From: Eledone cirrhosa
Lineage: Eukaryota
Direction: 5' to 3'
Assembly (NCBI GenBank): GCA_964016885.1
Contig: OZ024741.1
Coordinates: forward strand, 345,960,001-346,024,000
Length of the DNA: 64,000 nt
A model generated the notes under the pieces. It was not told the origin of the DNA and ran no database searches. It saw only the letters and a program-made list of their open reading frames with translations. Below, piece by piece: positions 46,369 through 61,706 of this stretch; position 1 is the first letter of the stretch; every line of letters starts with the position of its first letter. Position numbers and translations under genes: made by a program.

Positions 46369-47139
46369 ATGTATATGTGTATATATATAGTCGCGTGCGT
46401 GCGTGTGATTAGATGTACATGTACGTATATATATGTGCTTCATGTGTAAGTATGCGTGCCCTTGTATGTACGTACGCATGTATGTGCTTTTGTCTGTACG
46501 TATTTATATATATATTTTTATATATGTATATGTGTATGTAGGTACTTATGTTTGTTTTCTATTTTTTCTAATGTTACTTTATTATTGATAACCCCTCCTT
46601 CTTACTTTCTCCTTGATATAACTTTTTTATTCTCATATATTTTTTCATTTTTTCATTTATATATATGTATCGACCTTCAGCCTGACACTGCTTTGACTGA
46701 TACACTCCCTTCCCTGTATATATCACTCGCATGTATGTGGTTGCGCGCGTGTGTGTGTGTTTATACACGTGCTTTCATACTTGTATGTGTATATATTTCA
46801 ATCCTTAGTACCTGAGTCTGGATGTACGTTAACTCTATTATCTTAGAATTTCTTTTTCAACATATATTATATACGTATTTGTGGTCACACATACACTGAT
46901 ATGCTTGCCCTCATATATGTACTTACGCACACATTTTTTCACTATGCACATGCATTTGTACATACACACATATGTATATTTGTGAGTGAATATACACACA
47001 TTTATACACATACCCTAACTATATTTCCTTATTTTATTTTTATATATCTCTTGCATTACTTTTATTTATATATTTTTTGCCCGTTAAACTTTTGCCTTTC
47101 TTGAGGAGATTTTTCAAATATTTCACTATGTTTTAAATT

Positions 47140-47209
47140 GCCTTGTCCGACGAACGAATGAGGATGTTTCTTGTATTCGTCTTATTCGGGAAACCTCTGG
47201 TAATGAGGT
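47140..47209 (+). ncRNA. Hammerhead with variant core CCGACGA
   Basis: gccttgt-CCGACGA-acgaatgaggatg...cgtcttattcgg-GAAA-cctctgg-TA-atgaggt; all three stems can pair. Confidence 0.65.
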
Positions 47210-47339
47210 AATTATATTGTATTGTTTATTATACATTAAATTTAGCTCTGGTACTTACATAGAGCACTCTTCACTCTTATGAATTTTTCAATTTTAAACG
47301 GCAACTAAAATACTTATATATATATATATATATACATAA

Positions 47340-49339
47340 CTTTGAGAACTTTGATAGGTTTCGGCCAGTATTGGCCCAGACCATGTCTAACTTAATAGCA
47401 CCACCTGGCGAAGTCTTACAAATCAGTGTTTGGGCACCATGGCCCACTCGAGCAGAGAGTTTTTGTTTACGGAGGCATATCCGGGTGTAGGAGGCTTATC
47501 CTGGATTTCTTGAAGGAATCTATCCAAAGACTTCTTGAACTTGATGGGGTCTGTCTCTGCTTTGATGTGTTTTGGTGTAATGTTAAAGAATGCAGAGCCA
47601 ATTGAGGTGAAATAGTTGTGCCGTATTGTTGTTATGTGATGCGAGTGGGATTTTTGTCGTGGGCGGATAGCACGGGGCCCAAGCTTTGGGTGTACACTTA
47701 AGGTGATGCCAACATCATTTGGGCTAAGCTAAGCTGATGGAATATTTTCCACATCATACAGATAATGTAGCGCTCACGGCGACGTTGAAGAGAATAAAGT
47801 TTGAGCTTTTCTAATCGACCCCAATAGTCAAGGCCTGTCATGCCAACTATCTTTTTTTGTAATTGACCTTTGGGGTGCTTCAACTTTCATGATACTTTGT
47901 TTCGTGTGGGGTGACCACAGTCGACAACAGTATTCAAGGTGGGGTCGGGCAAACGTGGAGAAGAGAAGGACAACAGTGTGGATATCTCTCGACTGGAAAG
48001 TTCTGAGAATGCAGGAACACACTCTGCGGGCCATATCAACTTTGCTGTTTATATGAGTGGCCCAGCTTATATTGTTGTCCACAATTACTCCCAGGTCTCT
48101 GATGTTATTGGAAGGCACTAAAGTTTCACCCGAAGGAAGAGAGTATGGTAGTTTCAGGGCATCCTTTTTTTCCAAAGTGGATTAGTTCAAATTTAACCTC
48201 ATCCAACAGCATATTATTTATCTCTGCCCATTGGATAACAGCCAGTAGGTCTGACTGAAGGCAAATCCGGTCACCCACCTCATTGATGACCCTTTAGAGC
48301 TTGGAATCATCTGTGAAGATTCTGATGTTGCTGTGTTTGATGATGTCAGTAATGTCATTAATGTAGATGATGAAAAGAAGTGGGCCCAACACAGTGCCTT
48401 GTGGGATGCCACTGTGGACTTTGGCAAGGCTTGATTTTACTCCTTCGACTACAACATGCTGGGTTCTGCCTGTTAGGAAACATTTGATCCACTGTAGTAA
48501 CCTTCCAGAGACACCAACATTGGATAGTTTTTTCAGTAGAATCTTATGATCAACTCTGTCGAAGGCCTTGCTGAAATCAAGGTAGATGACATCAGTGTTG
48601 GAGCCCTCTCCCAAGGCTCTCAAAATATCGTCAAAGTGATGCAGGAGCTGCGTTAGGCAGTCCCTTCCATTACGGAATCCATGTTGGTTGGAGTTCAGCA
48701 GGCCGTTGCTTTCAAGAAAGTGGGTTATTCGTGATCTCACCACCCTCTCAAATACCTTGATAATATGAGAGGTGAGTGAGATCGGACGGTAGTTCACTGC
48801 AAGGGACTTATTTCCCTTTTTGGAGACTGGGACAACAGACTGGGACAGAAAGTTTTCAGGAATATAGCCAGTGTCCAGAAGTTGCAAGTTGGTGTCGACA
48901 CACCTTCAGGACACAAGCAGGGAACCTGTCGGCGCCTACTGCTGAATTGTGTTTAATTTCGTTTATTGCCGCTAAGACATCAGGGGCGCCAATCGTTATG
49001 TCTTATATAGTGTGTTGGGGGTTAATATCACTGATACGGCCCAGATCGGCCATATCAGGGTTGCTGAAAACAGAGCAGTATTGTTTCTGCAGTATCTCGC
49101 CCATGGTTTTGCCATTGTCTTGGAGTGTGCCACTTTCATCAACTAGGGGGCCAACAGTGGAGACGGTGACCTTGTTTTTTATCGAATGAGAAGAACACTT
49201 TGGGGTTGAGTTTGATTTTCTCAATGGCCCAGCTCTCTTCAGCTAATCTCTGGTTATTGATGATGTTCATTATGCATTGCTGGAGGTTATATTTTTTTGA
49301 CTCAAGCAGAGTGATAGCCATCGAATGTGTGTGTTGCTG

Positions 49340-49340
<1 letters not shown>
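47340..49340 (-). mobile_element. Decayed CR1-like LINE
   Basis: NYRPISLTSHIIKVFE, QHGFRNGRDC, YLDFSKAFDRVDH, SGIPQGTVLGPLLFIIYIND, FTDD, RPHLEYC, LQRRRERY. Confidence 0.88.
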
Positions 49341-49386
<46 letters not shown>

Positions 49387-49387
49387 T

Positions 49388-49442
<55 letters not shown>

Positions 49443-50204
49443 TACAGGGGAGATATGGGGAGAGTGAGTTAAAGAGGCTGCGGTAATCAACCCAGTCCGA
49501 GGGCACCACTAATCATGGGAGAACTCAATGCATGCTACATGCAGAATGGGTATAGAGATATGTAAAATTCTAACCGCTACCAGAGATAATTTCTATGGGA
49601 AAAGTATCACGTGATTTACGGTCAAAAGAAGGGCAGCGGTAATTGGACAATGACTAGTAACGGGAGTTCTAGAAGAAGCAATCCGATTCAGCCAAATGTT
49701 TTAATCTGCCCCTTCTCACTTACCTCTATTTTTCTATTTCTTCTTTAATTTCTTATTCTATTTTCTTATGAAGGACTAGCGTCCGAAACGCTAAGACCCT
49801 TTTCCTCCTATATCAAACGTAAAACTAATATATTTCATCATTGTACTGTGTCAATTGTTTTGTTATTTTTTACGGTTTTCCATCTATATTTACGTATGTG
49901 TTTGTGTATATGTGAGCGTATGTATTTATGTATTCATGTCTATTTGTATATTAGTTAATAAGTATGTACCTGTGTTTCTCATCCTATACTAGAAAGTGTA
50001 GCGTGTGTGCCAATGGCATAAGCTGTCGTATCAAGAAATTCATAGTTGTTCTGAGCTGAAAATTTCCTATAGGTTATCTCATTATATTCTATTATGGCCA
50101 CTTAGTATGACATTCGTTAATTCTACTAACTTATCTCCCCAAATCAACCACCACCAGCACCACCACGTACACCACTATAGCTATGACCACGCGACATTCA
50201 ATAA

Positions 50205-50428
50205 AAACTGTTTTTTACTTCCGGCACAAAACCAACAATTTGAAGAGAAGGGAAATGTCTATTAAATTAACCCATTGACCTTAATGCTTTACATATACTA
50301 TATTTTAACGAACTCGTAAGGATGAAAGGAAAAGCTAAATTCGGCGGGATTTGAACTCAAAATGTAAAGGGCCGTAACTATATGTCCCAAAGCATGTTTC
50401 CCGACGCTCTACTGATGCAGCCAATCTA
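50205..50428 (-). mobile_element. Divergent tRNA-derived SINE
   Basis: gtaaggatgaaagg...ggcgggatttgaactc...ccgacgctctactgatgcagccaatc. Confidence 0.75.
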
Positions 50429-51614
50429 CCAATCTACAAACAATTGTTTCTACTTTTTTTTTTCGATAATGACAGTATGTTTTAACCACCGTTTTATATC
50501 GACCATCTACCATGTTATCTAAAATAAATCTACTGCATTTAACATTAGCATGTCACATTTCACAAACGACCTTTCTTTAAAAATAAAGTCTTCGTCCATT
50601 CCAGTTGCCTGCCTCTCTATTGTAAAAACTCAACCTACCAAATGCCTTTTAGTATTTTTTTTGAAAATCCTTTATTATACAGGAAAATAGCGATAAACAA
50701 CCCACGCGTTTAGTTGATGACAAAGCATCCGAACAATTCACTCATCTATCATGCATTCACTTGAATATTTTTCACTTTTCTTCTTTTACATATCTAGGAT
50801 TCTTTAACAATGATGTATGTGACAAAAGGAATAAGGGAATATTCTGTTTTCTAAAGAAATGAAATGTTCGCTTGACATAGCCGTATTCAAAGCATGTCCA
50901 TAATCTTCAAACAGCATATTCTTTTCATGCATTCATTTGTTTTGTGCATTTAGCATTTTCTTCTTTATCTCACATACTTGGGATCCTTTAGCAATGAATT
51001 ATACGAAACAAGGAGGCAGTATTCTATTTTCTAAAGAAATGAATTGCTAGGCTGAGACAATCGACACCTCTCACTTGCAATGCCTACTTCACATACGGGG
51101 TTTTGAAAAAATACAAAAATAAAAATATAACTACCTCTGCTTTTACTTTTATACTTCTAACGTATTCCGTGCTCTTATACGCGACAACCAAAGGGCATTT
51201 GGACCGGCTAAAAGTAGCAACTGAGTTTTTTTTCAAAGCTGATTCTTTCGAATTCATTTTTAAGAATGAGTCAAATATCGTTGTTTCTGTTATACAGAGC
51301 CATAGAAAAATGACACGATAAATTCGGTAGAAATTCTTCTGATTATACAACTGCTCAGCTACGGCTGGTTTGGTGTTAAATAACAACGGTAACAATATGG
51401 TCTAATTACAATTAAAGGAAGACTGTGATTGATGGCAGTGTGTATGTGCTTGCCGGGATTGGTTTAATGTATACTATTTCAAGAATTATGGCCTGAGCAA
51501 ATTCATAATAGCAAACATCTATCATGTCGACTTTCTTATTAATGAATTCCTAACTTGGCGCATGTATTGGGACGGACGAAACAAAAAGAATAAGCTGCTA
51601 GTATATTACTGATA

Positions 51615-51998
51615 CTAGCAGAAAAACCACCCTTCGGGTGGTTTCTGCTAGCATGTGTAATGTGCATATTTATATTATATGAAAATATACATGCTTGTAG
51701 AAATGATATGTCAAATAGAATTGTAATTGACAATATGCACATAAATTGAAGAGAGACTGTGTTACACTCTCTTCTGTAATCAGTAAAGTAATCCATGTAC
51801 ATTTAAAAAAGACGATATTATATATAAACTGCATTACGGTGAAATGTAATGAAACCTTATATGACGATGCAAATATATGGATGTTTATACAATGTAATAA
51901 GTGTTATGATCTAACGGATGCTAACCGGAAGTGTAGAGATTTGAAAATTTTAAAAGAAGTGAATCTTAAAATAAGCAATCTTATCTTTATATATAAGA
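51615..51998 (-). mobile_element. Possible non-autonomous Helitron
   Basis: Minus strand starts TCTTATATATAAAG and ends with hairpin aaaccacccgaagggtggttt then ttctgCTAG|T. The 5' flank is T rather than the canonical A. Confidence 0.45.
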
Positions 51999-52458
51999 AT
52001 ATTTATATTTAATCAAAAGCTACGAAATTTTGTGGATAAATTATGTAATATTCATTCATTATTTATTCAAAATAATCTAACTTATTTTACTAACGGGATA
52101 AAACAAATATATATTCGGGACGCATTCCCGCACTCCTCCCTTTATTATATTATGATATGGCGAATATACAGCCATTAGAACATCGGATAAAATAGTTTGC
52201 AGTATTCGTTCCGAATCTTTGTCGTGGTCAATAAAAAAAGTACCCGTCTAGTACTGAGATCAATTCTTCCTCCATATCTCTTATCACTCCCTTTCTCTCA
52301 CTCCCCATCTAGCTGAAGAAGAAATTTGCTGTATTCAACCCAGATGAGGAGATGGGCTCCGTCAGGTCTAAACATTCCCTAAAATCGCGTTCCTACGACT
52401 GCCCCAGGAGTTACAGGTCCATACATATATATTACTGGTATTATTGATGTCATCAAAG

Positions 52459-52677
52459 GGCGGTGGATTGAAAGTATCGGTAGAGGGTCGGACACCATGC
52501 TTTGCAGCATAGAGTTATGGCCCTTTATGATTTGAGTTCAAATCCCGCCGAGGTTAACTTTGCCTTTCATCCTTACGGGTCGATAAAATAAAGTGCCAGT
52601 CACGCACTGGGGTCGATTTAATCGACTTTCCCCTGTCCCAAAATTGCTGGGTTTGTGCTTATATAAGAAACCATTAT
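52459..52677 (+). mobile_element. tRNA-derived SINE
   Basis: A-box-like, B-box and conserved body present. Confidence 0.9.
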
Positions 52678-55394
52678 TGATGCCATCCTAGAGTGTTGAA
52701 AGGCAAAATTGCTTGCGCCAGGAATGTAGTTCTATCGTCATGGAGTGAACTGGTGTAATGCAGATAGTCAGTAAATTTGGCTGGTTGTAAACAGCATCTA
52801 TAAGATGGCATATATATAAAACTGACACTGAAACTTCCCCTCAAACAAGACAGTTAACTCCCATGGAATAAAATCTTACTAGCTTTAAATAAGAACACCA
52901 AGTAGAGGTTCATGGATAATGTAGAAAAGGGACTTTCCGTGACCAAAGTTACAATGAATGCTTTGTAATCCCATGTTTCCTTAATTCTTCCCTATATTAA
53001 GTTGTCACCTAATAATTTTTCAGTTGTAAGCTAAATTATTACGGGCAAATTTTTTAAACCTCAGTAATTATACTTCAGACTTATACCAAACTGAAGCAGC
53101 ATTGTTTTCCTGACCTGTTAATTCGTATAAATATTCCTCTCCAATTCCTTCTCTGGGATGTGAAATGCCTTCCTTCGGAGCCATGTTTTTATTTGAAAAT
53201 CACAAAATTAGAGGAAACTCACCAGTGTAAAGCAATACCAAGAACAGCGGCAATAACAGCTACAACAACGTTAGCAATACCATAAAACAACCGACTGCTT
53301 TCCCAGGCTCCTCGAACTCATTATTCTGAACAAGTAAATTTAAAGTCACCCTAGAGAGCTAACTCGATGATATAAATACGTCTTCACTTGAAAATATTTT
53401 CAAAATATTTTTATGCATTTTTGAGTTGATGCTATGTAGCAGAAAAGATGAATTCCGCCCCATTGTATATTTGAATGACAGAAACGACAGCTTTACTATT
53501 CATTGTAGTTGGTGTGTGAGTGATTGCTATGAACATCTATGCAGTCGCTCGATTTTCTAGAAATAGCATCCTAATCATTTTTATATTACATACATACTAC
53601 TCGCAAGAATTAAATGCTGTCATCATGATTCTACTTGGAATAGATTGAACAAATGTGTGAATATCCTGGTCGAATATGAGACTAAATCAAACTAATTCTG
53701 ATAACGTTTGTAAATGAACCTATATACACGTGATTGTCATGACTGGAACAATCTTTAGCAAAGGATTACTTGATCAAGATTGACCTGGGTCTAAAACACC
53801 AAACAGAAATATATATTTCTATACATTACACTTGTATTTTATAACAGTAATTTCAAGGAAATTCATCTCAGATTATAGTGGGTAAAGGAAAGCATATGGG
53901 ATAAACATACGAGATTCTAACTATGTAATTTGTAAAAGCTGCATCAGAGTTAAAAAAAATCATAGTGAGACACTCGTATGTTTATTATACATAAATATAT
54001 TGTATATGCTTTCATATACACTCCTATGATGAACCACACCATGTTAGTACCACTAACCTTCATATTGGATATACACAAAACGTAGGGATGATGACGAGTG
54101 GAACGCCTCTGCTCATAAGTTTGTTTAATCGGGGCTCAGCTAGGGTGGAAAGAACAAGAAATAAACCCTTTGAGATACAAATCTATATAGAAATAAATTT
54201 AAGCCAATTGAGACAGATTGAATCGTTACAGGTGGAAAGCCATTGACAATACTTTAACTCGATTGCGTTTGATGTGGGGTTCAAACTAACAAACGAAACA
54301 CACAATTTATTCTACAAACAAACAGTTATTAAAATGACTGGATGGACATGGCTGGAACATATTTGAACATAAATTATCTTGCAACCTTCTCCCGTGACAA
54401 CAAGAATACAAAGAGTTCATACGCTTCTATATAAGTAAAGCTAGACAGATGAGATGGGCGTGGAAGAAATAATTTTGATCATGGCTGACCTGGGCCAAAA
54501 ATACGCAAACACAATTCTATATAATACTAAGACATAGGACAGTAGTGACATAAGTAGAGGATTATTCCGATAACCTTCCGGCATTTCTGGCAATGCGCCA
54601 TTTTTCTAGACGTATGTGTAAGAAAGAGGGTCATAAAAAATTATTCTAAAATCTTAGTGACTGACAGAGTAATATTTTTGGCAGGACTTCCAATATTTAA
54701 GTCGAAAAATCAAAAATATCGGAATAAAACCGAATAAAGATGCTGATGTTGTTGAAGATAACGATATACATGATGGTGGTGGTGGTGTCGATAATATCGG
54801 TGGTGGTAGTTTTGTTGATAATTGTGGTATGGTAGTGTGGTAGTCACAATGATTGTTTGATGATGATGTTTATGATAATGATAGTGATAATAGTGATGAA
54901 GATTTGTGATATTCATGCTGAAGTGAGGATGATTACGATGGTTACGATGATGCCGATAAAAATGTTGCTGCTGCTGTTACTGCTGCTACTGCAGCTGCTG
55001 CTGCTGGTGATGATGATGATGATATGATGATAGAGATGCGGATATCAGCTGGTGATAATGTTGATGATAATATTAATAGTGAACCAACAAGAAAAATAAA
55101 AAGAAAGATATTTGGCTTTATATATTCATTTTAAACGAATATTTTTCTCACTTTTGCTCTCGCCATTTTGAATTATAACGGAAGAGAGATTTGGTAAAGA
55201 ATCTTTACCAGAATAATTCATTCTTTACATTGAACTTGATTATGATGATTATGGACTGGCAAAATATCATCTTATACGAATCGATATTGTCAATCTGATT
55301 TAAAATAGAAGGATCTATATATCATTCGCGCTCTTTCTTTCTTTCCGTCTTCCTCTATCCATACCTATCTATTTATCTATTGATCTATCTATCC

Positions 55395-55471
<77 letters not shown>

Positions 55472-56370
55472 CCTCTCTCTCTCTTTCTATCTATCTCTCA
55501 CTCTCTCTCTCTTACTCTCTCTCTCTCTCTGTGTCTCTCTCTGTACACACACACACACATATATATATATATACATACACACATATATAAGGCATTCTTG
55601 AATACGTATATCCGTATATATATATATATATGCATAAATGCATGCAAACACACACACACATTTATATATATATTTGTGTAATTATGTATTGTTGTATGTA
55701 CGTTTGTATATATGTATATATATGTATGCATGTGTATGTGCGTGCGTGCCTGTGTGTGTTGTGTGTGTTGTATATATATATAATGGTTTTTTTTCAGCGA
55801 GAGGATGGAAGATAGTGAACAAAAAGGAAATTACTTTGGGTTAATCATTTGTTGAAAACATTAAATAGACGGAGTATAAAATAGCGATGTGTTAAGATTT
55901 ACACAAGATTACTGAGGGTGATAAAGCTTTTGGCCTTTTCATCTTTAGTTTTCGTGTAAAATACATTTCTGCTTGCCAAAGATTTGCCAGCGCTGTTAAA
56001 ACTAAGTTCAAATTTCATAACTGAAAACATATAATATCTATTTGTTTGAAATAACTTGTGAAGTTGCGTGCCAATAGAAACAAAAAATAAAAAAGAAAAG
56101 GAAGGAGGGAAAAATGAAGATTGAAAAATTCACAGACACGTGGCTATGGTGTTAGGATGTACGAAGTACGTTTTGCAAACTCAGAATTCCTGGTTTGACC
56201 TCGATCTCTGATTTCTACGAGATGTATCATACCTATTACCATAGACTCAGATCCACAAAAAATTTGCAAGCGAAATTCGGTAGCGAGAAGCAATGCTTAA
56301 CCTAAGCATGTATGCGTGTATGTAGGTATGTGTGCATGTACATATGATGCATCGACCCATGTTTATATAT

Positions 56371-56409
<39 letters not shown>

Positions 56410-56410
<1 letters not shown>

Positions 56411-56590
56411 CAAAGAACAAAGATACCAGGTGGACCATAACGCACCATAGTACTCAATACTTAGGGTAGTAGAGTAGGTAATAGGAAAAGAGTCAGGACC
56501 CCGAGGGCTGAGCTCCGGCCGTTTCGATAGCTAGATTCGATCTAAGTGTCGAAATGGGTGGATCTCAGCCGTCGGCGTCCTGACTGTTTT

Positions 56591-56594
<4 letters not shown>
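56410..56594 (-). mobile_element. Solo pLTR family A with fold-back end, in (TA)n
   Basis: gtactcaatacttagggtagtagag; imperfect palindrome 56482-56594. Confidence 0.8.
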
Positions 56595-56669
<75 letters not shown>

Positions 56670-56670
56670 T

Positions 56671-56785
<115 letters not shown>

Positions 56786-57570
56786 GCACGAGGGCATCAC
56801 TAGTTTGATTTTACCTCACTCTGAAGATGACGTGGATTTTCGATTATCTTTAAGTCAGCCAGCTGGAGTGACCCTTTAATCCCGATTTGTTGACTATAAA
56901 TTGTTAATAATTGTAATTAGCAAGTTTCTTCATAAGGTCAAAAATATACAGTCCAGGAATTTTGAAATGTAAGTCCTTTAATTTTTCCGTGTTAAACTGT
57001 TAAACAGCTTAAATTTCTTTGGTTTTTATCCCCCTCGTTATGTTCTATTTGAGTTTTGTTTCTCCAAGACTATATCGTTTATGAGTTTTCACTGATACGA
57101 TTGTTTCGTGCATGTTATCATGAATCAGTGAAAATAATTGCGGAGGTTCCTGTGTGTCTACTATTATATCGATCTAAATGCTTATTATAATTTACTGCCA
57201 ATAATTTGATTTGATCGGTTGAGTGCATTGGTTGTTCGAGCGATGTATTTCTATGTTTAGAATTATCCCACCAAATAAACCATATGGATGTTATTGATAC
57301 AACTCCAGAATCGAACAGCTCATCAGACTTGGTGATAAGGCTGAATAGAAAATTACTTCTCCTGGGCAGATCGATGCCGGAGTTAGGTCTCTAACTCAAC
57401 TCATATATGTGTTACAGACCTCACAATCGTCTAAGAAACGTGCGTGACTGGTCGATAATCAATAAAAACATTCATGTGAAACTTAGTCGTGTAAATATAT
57501 ATGTACACCCCCCCCCCATCATACACACACATGTATATGCTTTGTAGCTTGCTTGAAGCATTGTTTAATA

Positions 57571-57803
57571 GGAAACACAAATTTTTTTTGAAGACCAACA
57601 CAATGCGTTTGAAGTATGTTAAATTCCCAAGATAACAAAAGAATCTTATCTTAGCAGATTTAACGAACCCATTATCAACCCTATAAGAGACTTAATCTCA
57701 CTCCCTTGATAAATTTGCTAAGGTAAGATTCTTTTATTATCTTGGCTGTTTAACATTATACATACGCATTGAATTGGTCTTCAAAATTTAAATTTGTGTT
57801 TCA
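57571..57803. repeat. Old, diverged inverted repeat adjoining (TA)n
   Basis: gaaacacaaattt..ttgaagaccaa..ccaagataa..aaagaatctta.cttagca versus its reverse complement at ~57710-57803. Confidence 0.75.
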
Positions 57804-57809
57804 TATATG

Positions 57810-57933
<124 letters not shown>

Positions 57934-58007
57934 TATATATATATATATATATATATAGTATAGTATATATATATATACAGTATATATATATATATATATA
58001 TAGTATA

Positions 58008-58070
<63 letters not shown>

Positions 58071-58073
58071 TTT

Positions 58074-58987
58074 AAGTTTCGGAATAACCAAAGAGTGCTT
58101 AGAAGTACATTGTTTTATTTGCTAACAGTGTTTCATCCATACCCTAGGGCAGGAATCATCAGAGCCTATAAACAAAAGTATATCAAAGGTTGCAAGCTCC
58201 ATCGAGCCTAGTCACCAGAACAAGGAAGAAGGAACAAGTAGGAGGTCACACAATACATGATACATATAATGTCATAAAAAATTACATCATAAAAAATTAC
58301 ATCATAAAAAATTACATCATAAAAAATTACATCAAAACTTTATACCATAAATGGTGCAATAGATCATAAGGAGCTTGAGAGAGGAGAGCAAGTATTATGT
58401 GGAAACCTAGTATTATGTCGCCTAATACTTGGAATTGGAACCAATAGATAGAGGGTGGTGGCCGGATATGGAGAAATCAACCTGTTACAAGGCGATACTA
58501 CTGGAGTGCGCCATTTTTCCTATAAACAATCCTGCCTGTAAAGCTGCACCACAGCTAACCAACTTTTTCTGTTTACTGACTCCTGCTTACAAGCTTTCAT
58601 ACTCTTCCTGTAAATTATGTACTTGCACTGCTTGTGAATTGATGTATCTATGCTTGGTTTGTTTTTTAATCATGCTGAGTAACACCCGCATTCATTTCTT
58701 GCTATCCTCTCTCAACCTCCTTAAGATCTATTGCACCATTTATGGTATAAGGTTTTGATGTAATATTTTACGATGTAATTTTTTATGACATTATATGTAT
58801 CATGTATTGTGTGCCCCCTTACCTGTTCCTTCTTCCTTGTTCCTGTGAGTAGGCTCGATGGAGCCTGCAACCTTTGATATACTTTTGTTTATAGGCTCTG
58901 ATGATTCCGGCCCTAGGGTATGGATGAAACACTGTTAGCAAATAAAACTATGTATTTCTAAGTACTCTTTGGTTATTCCTAAACTTA
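58074..58987. mobile_element. Family G fold-back (58074-58392 vs 58698-58987) with HHRs at 58895-58939 (+) and 58121-58165 (-)
   Basis: gct-CTGATGA-ttcc...ggat-GAAA-cactg-TT-agc; internal 15-bp repeat cataaaaaattacat. Confidence 0.85.
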
Positions 58988-59849
58988 TAACAGCTCTGTA
59001 GTATACTAGTTATCCTACATTGAGCTAAAATTACACTGTCATACCAAGGACAATATATCTGTGTGTCTGTGCACATTAGTATAATTGTCAACCAAACTAT
59101 ATATATTTATAAACACATATATATATATATACATGTATGTATATATATATATGTATGTGTGTGTGTGCGTGTGCGCATATGTGTGCGTGTGCGTGGGCGT
59201 ATGTGTGTGTGTATGCGTGTGTGTATGTATATATACATAAATACTATAAGTAATCCAAAGTGTGGGTGGAGTACATTAGGGACTTCTATTCTTCATTGAA
59301 TAACACTCTATATTTCACGTCCACGTTGTCAAGTAGGTAGGTCAGTCGATCGAGCTACAGTAAAACTCATCGTTGAATCCGGCGTAGATCCATTTGCATT
59401 TACATTCCTTATGTTGTGGTAAATGTTAAGTATTTTTACATACAGAACTTATCTAACACCTGTCAAATGCATAACACACGACATTTTACACGTAGCAACC
59501 ATTTTCCGGAATTGAAAAAAAAAATCAAATAACGAAATTCTTTAAAATTCCTTCTGAGATTCTTGGTTAAATACGTGCTGACATTATTAAAAAAATATTG
59601 GTCTTGATTTGGCATAAAATATCAACATAACAACGAATAATGCAACTACCTACTACATGAAGAACACGTTATACACACACTAGCACATATATGTATATAT
59701 GTGCATAAATGTATGCGTATATATATACGTATATATATATATATATATATATATATGCGTGTCTTTGTGTATATATATGTATATATATGTATATATCCAT
59801 ATATATATGTATACATATATATATGTATACATATCGATATATTTCTAAA

Positions 59850-59898
<49 letters not shown>

Positions 59899-59903
59899 AT
59901 GTG

Positions 59904-59953
<50 letters not shown>

Positions 59954-60000
59954 TGTGTGTAACAGACATAGTTTATCGCTCTACATGGCTGAATACAATA

Positions 60001-60442
60001 AATGTAATTTGAGTTTTTCGAACATTAATAATAATATTCGATTCGTTTGCAATTATACAAAGTTATGCAAATATGGCAAAGCCGGCAATTATTCGTTTGC
60101 GTACATGAAACTAACTGGACTATTTGCAGATCAGTGGGTTTGCTAATATGCAGATGTGACCGACAAGCAGTCTGCTAATATGCAAATCAGGCCGATCAGT
60201 CACAGTATATTTTAGAAAATAGCATATATTCTCACTAGCCCTGACAGTTGGTAGGTAAGCAGTATACTATACTGATGAAGGGTAATCATCCAGAAATATT
60301 AGTGTCTGCAGTTCTGTTTACATGCCAACAAAAGAGCAAGAATGATGGGGTCATTCTACTGACATGGCTTTAAAGGGGCTGTTTGCATAATTGCAAACGA
60401 ATCGAATATTATTATTAATATTCGACAAACTCAGATTACATT
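60001..60442 (+). mobile_element. Family H element with ~60-bp inverted ends and a slightly decayed HHR at 60266-60312
   Basis: actata-CTGATGA-agggtaatcatcca-GAAA-tattagtg-TC-tgcagt; arms 60001-60060 vs 60383-60442. Confidence 0.7.
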
Positions 60443-60595
60443 CATTATATATATATATATGGATATCTATCTATCCCCCTTTCTCACTCCCTATATATGT
60501 TTGTATACACACACACACACATATATATAGAAATATATGTATATATATGTATATACATAAATATATATATGTATATACACATACACACACACAAC

Positions 60596-60634
<39 letters not shown>

Positions 60635-60811
60635 CATATTTACATAGACATAATATATATATATATATATGATATATATATATGATTCTTTTTGAATTGA
60701 GTTTGAATTATTTTTCCCATATCTTATGTTAACTATTTTCCCATTTTGACGCTATAGTCACTTATATATTATGGAATACTGTTAACTTCTCGCTACAACA
60801 ATTTCTATACT

Positions 60812-60867
<56 letters not shown>

Positions 60868-61576
60868 TGTTTACCTACATGCAAAATACATATAGGGACA
60901 CATGTATTATCCAACCATATGCCAATGTGGTTCTATGGCATGTTAATAAATTAACGAGCCAGAACATATATAATCAAGGTTTAGCAAATAAGAAAAAGTT
61001 TTTAAATAAATTTTAAAAAGTTCACTGTACCTGCTGCAATTACCCTTACCGCGCAGTTTCAAGTCTCAAAATAAATGAATAATACATGCGGAAATCCATT
61101 GCGAAGAAGACTTTCGTCAGAGGATTCTTCGCACTCGGAGAATATAAATTTCCCGAGTTCAAATCACGAACAGGCGCCATACAGAACTGTTCCAGGATGA
61201 GAGTGTATGATGAAGAAACAATTTTGTCTAGTGCCGTGTGTAAAGATAGAAGGCAGGGGCGGAACTGTCAGTTGAAAATTGCAAACTTGACTGTCACCAC
61301 AGAATTTGAACCTGAAGATTGCGAAAGCATGAAAGTACTTGTTCAATTAACACTTAACATTTAATATCCTACCATACTATTTCATTCTAATACCATTATA
61401 AATTTTAAAGGATTGTAAATAAAACGAGTATACAGACAAAGTTGGAATTCCTTTTATTATTATATATATATATATATATAAGCAGAAGGGATATTCAATT
61501 TGTTGGCAATTCAACAAATATAAATGTTTATAACTGATTCAGAGCACTCTACATATTTTCTGGAGTATAATATACA

Positions 61577-61706
61577 ATGATATTAAATAAATGGAAACTA
61601 TATTTATAAAACCATATTTATTCTATTATATATATTTCAAGGGTACCAACATTTTGGTACGGTATCATCAGATAAAATACGAAGTGTGTTTTATAAATTT
61701 TGACAT
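61577..61706 (-). mobile_element. Partial family D pLTR
   Basis: taaatggaaactatatttataaaaccatattta...tttcaaggg...tcatcagataaaata. Confidence 0.75.

Noticed and set aside
51615-51651. Rho-independent terminator-like hairpin
   Set aside because: Eukaryotic context; better explained as a Helitron-type subterminal hairpin before CTAG.
54710-55080. His-, Ala- or Asp-rich coding exon
   Set aside because: Degenerate trinucleotide microsatellite (GAT/GGT/GCT) with stops and no splice or domain support.
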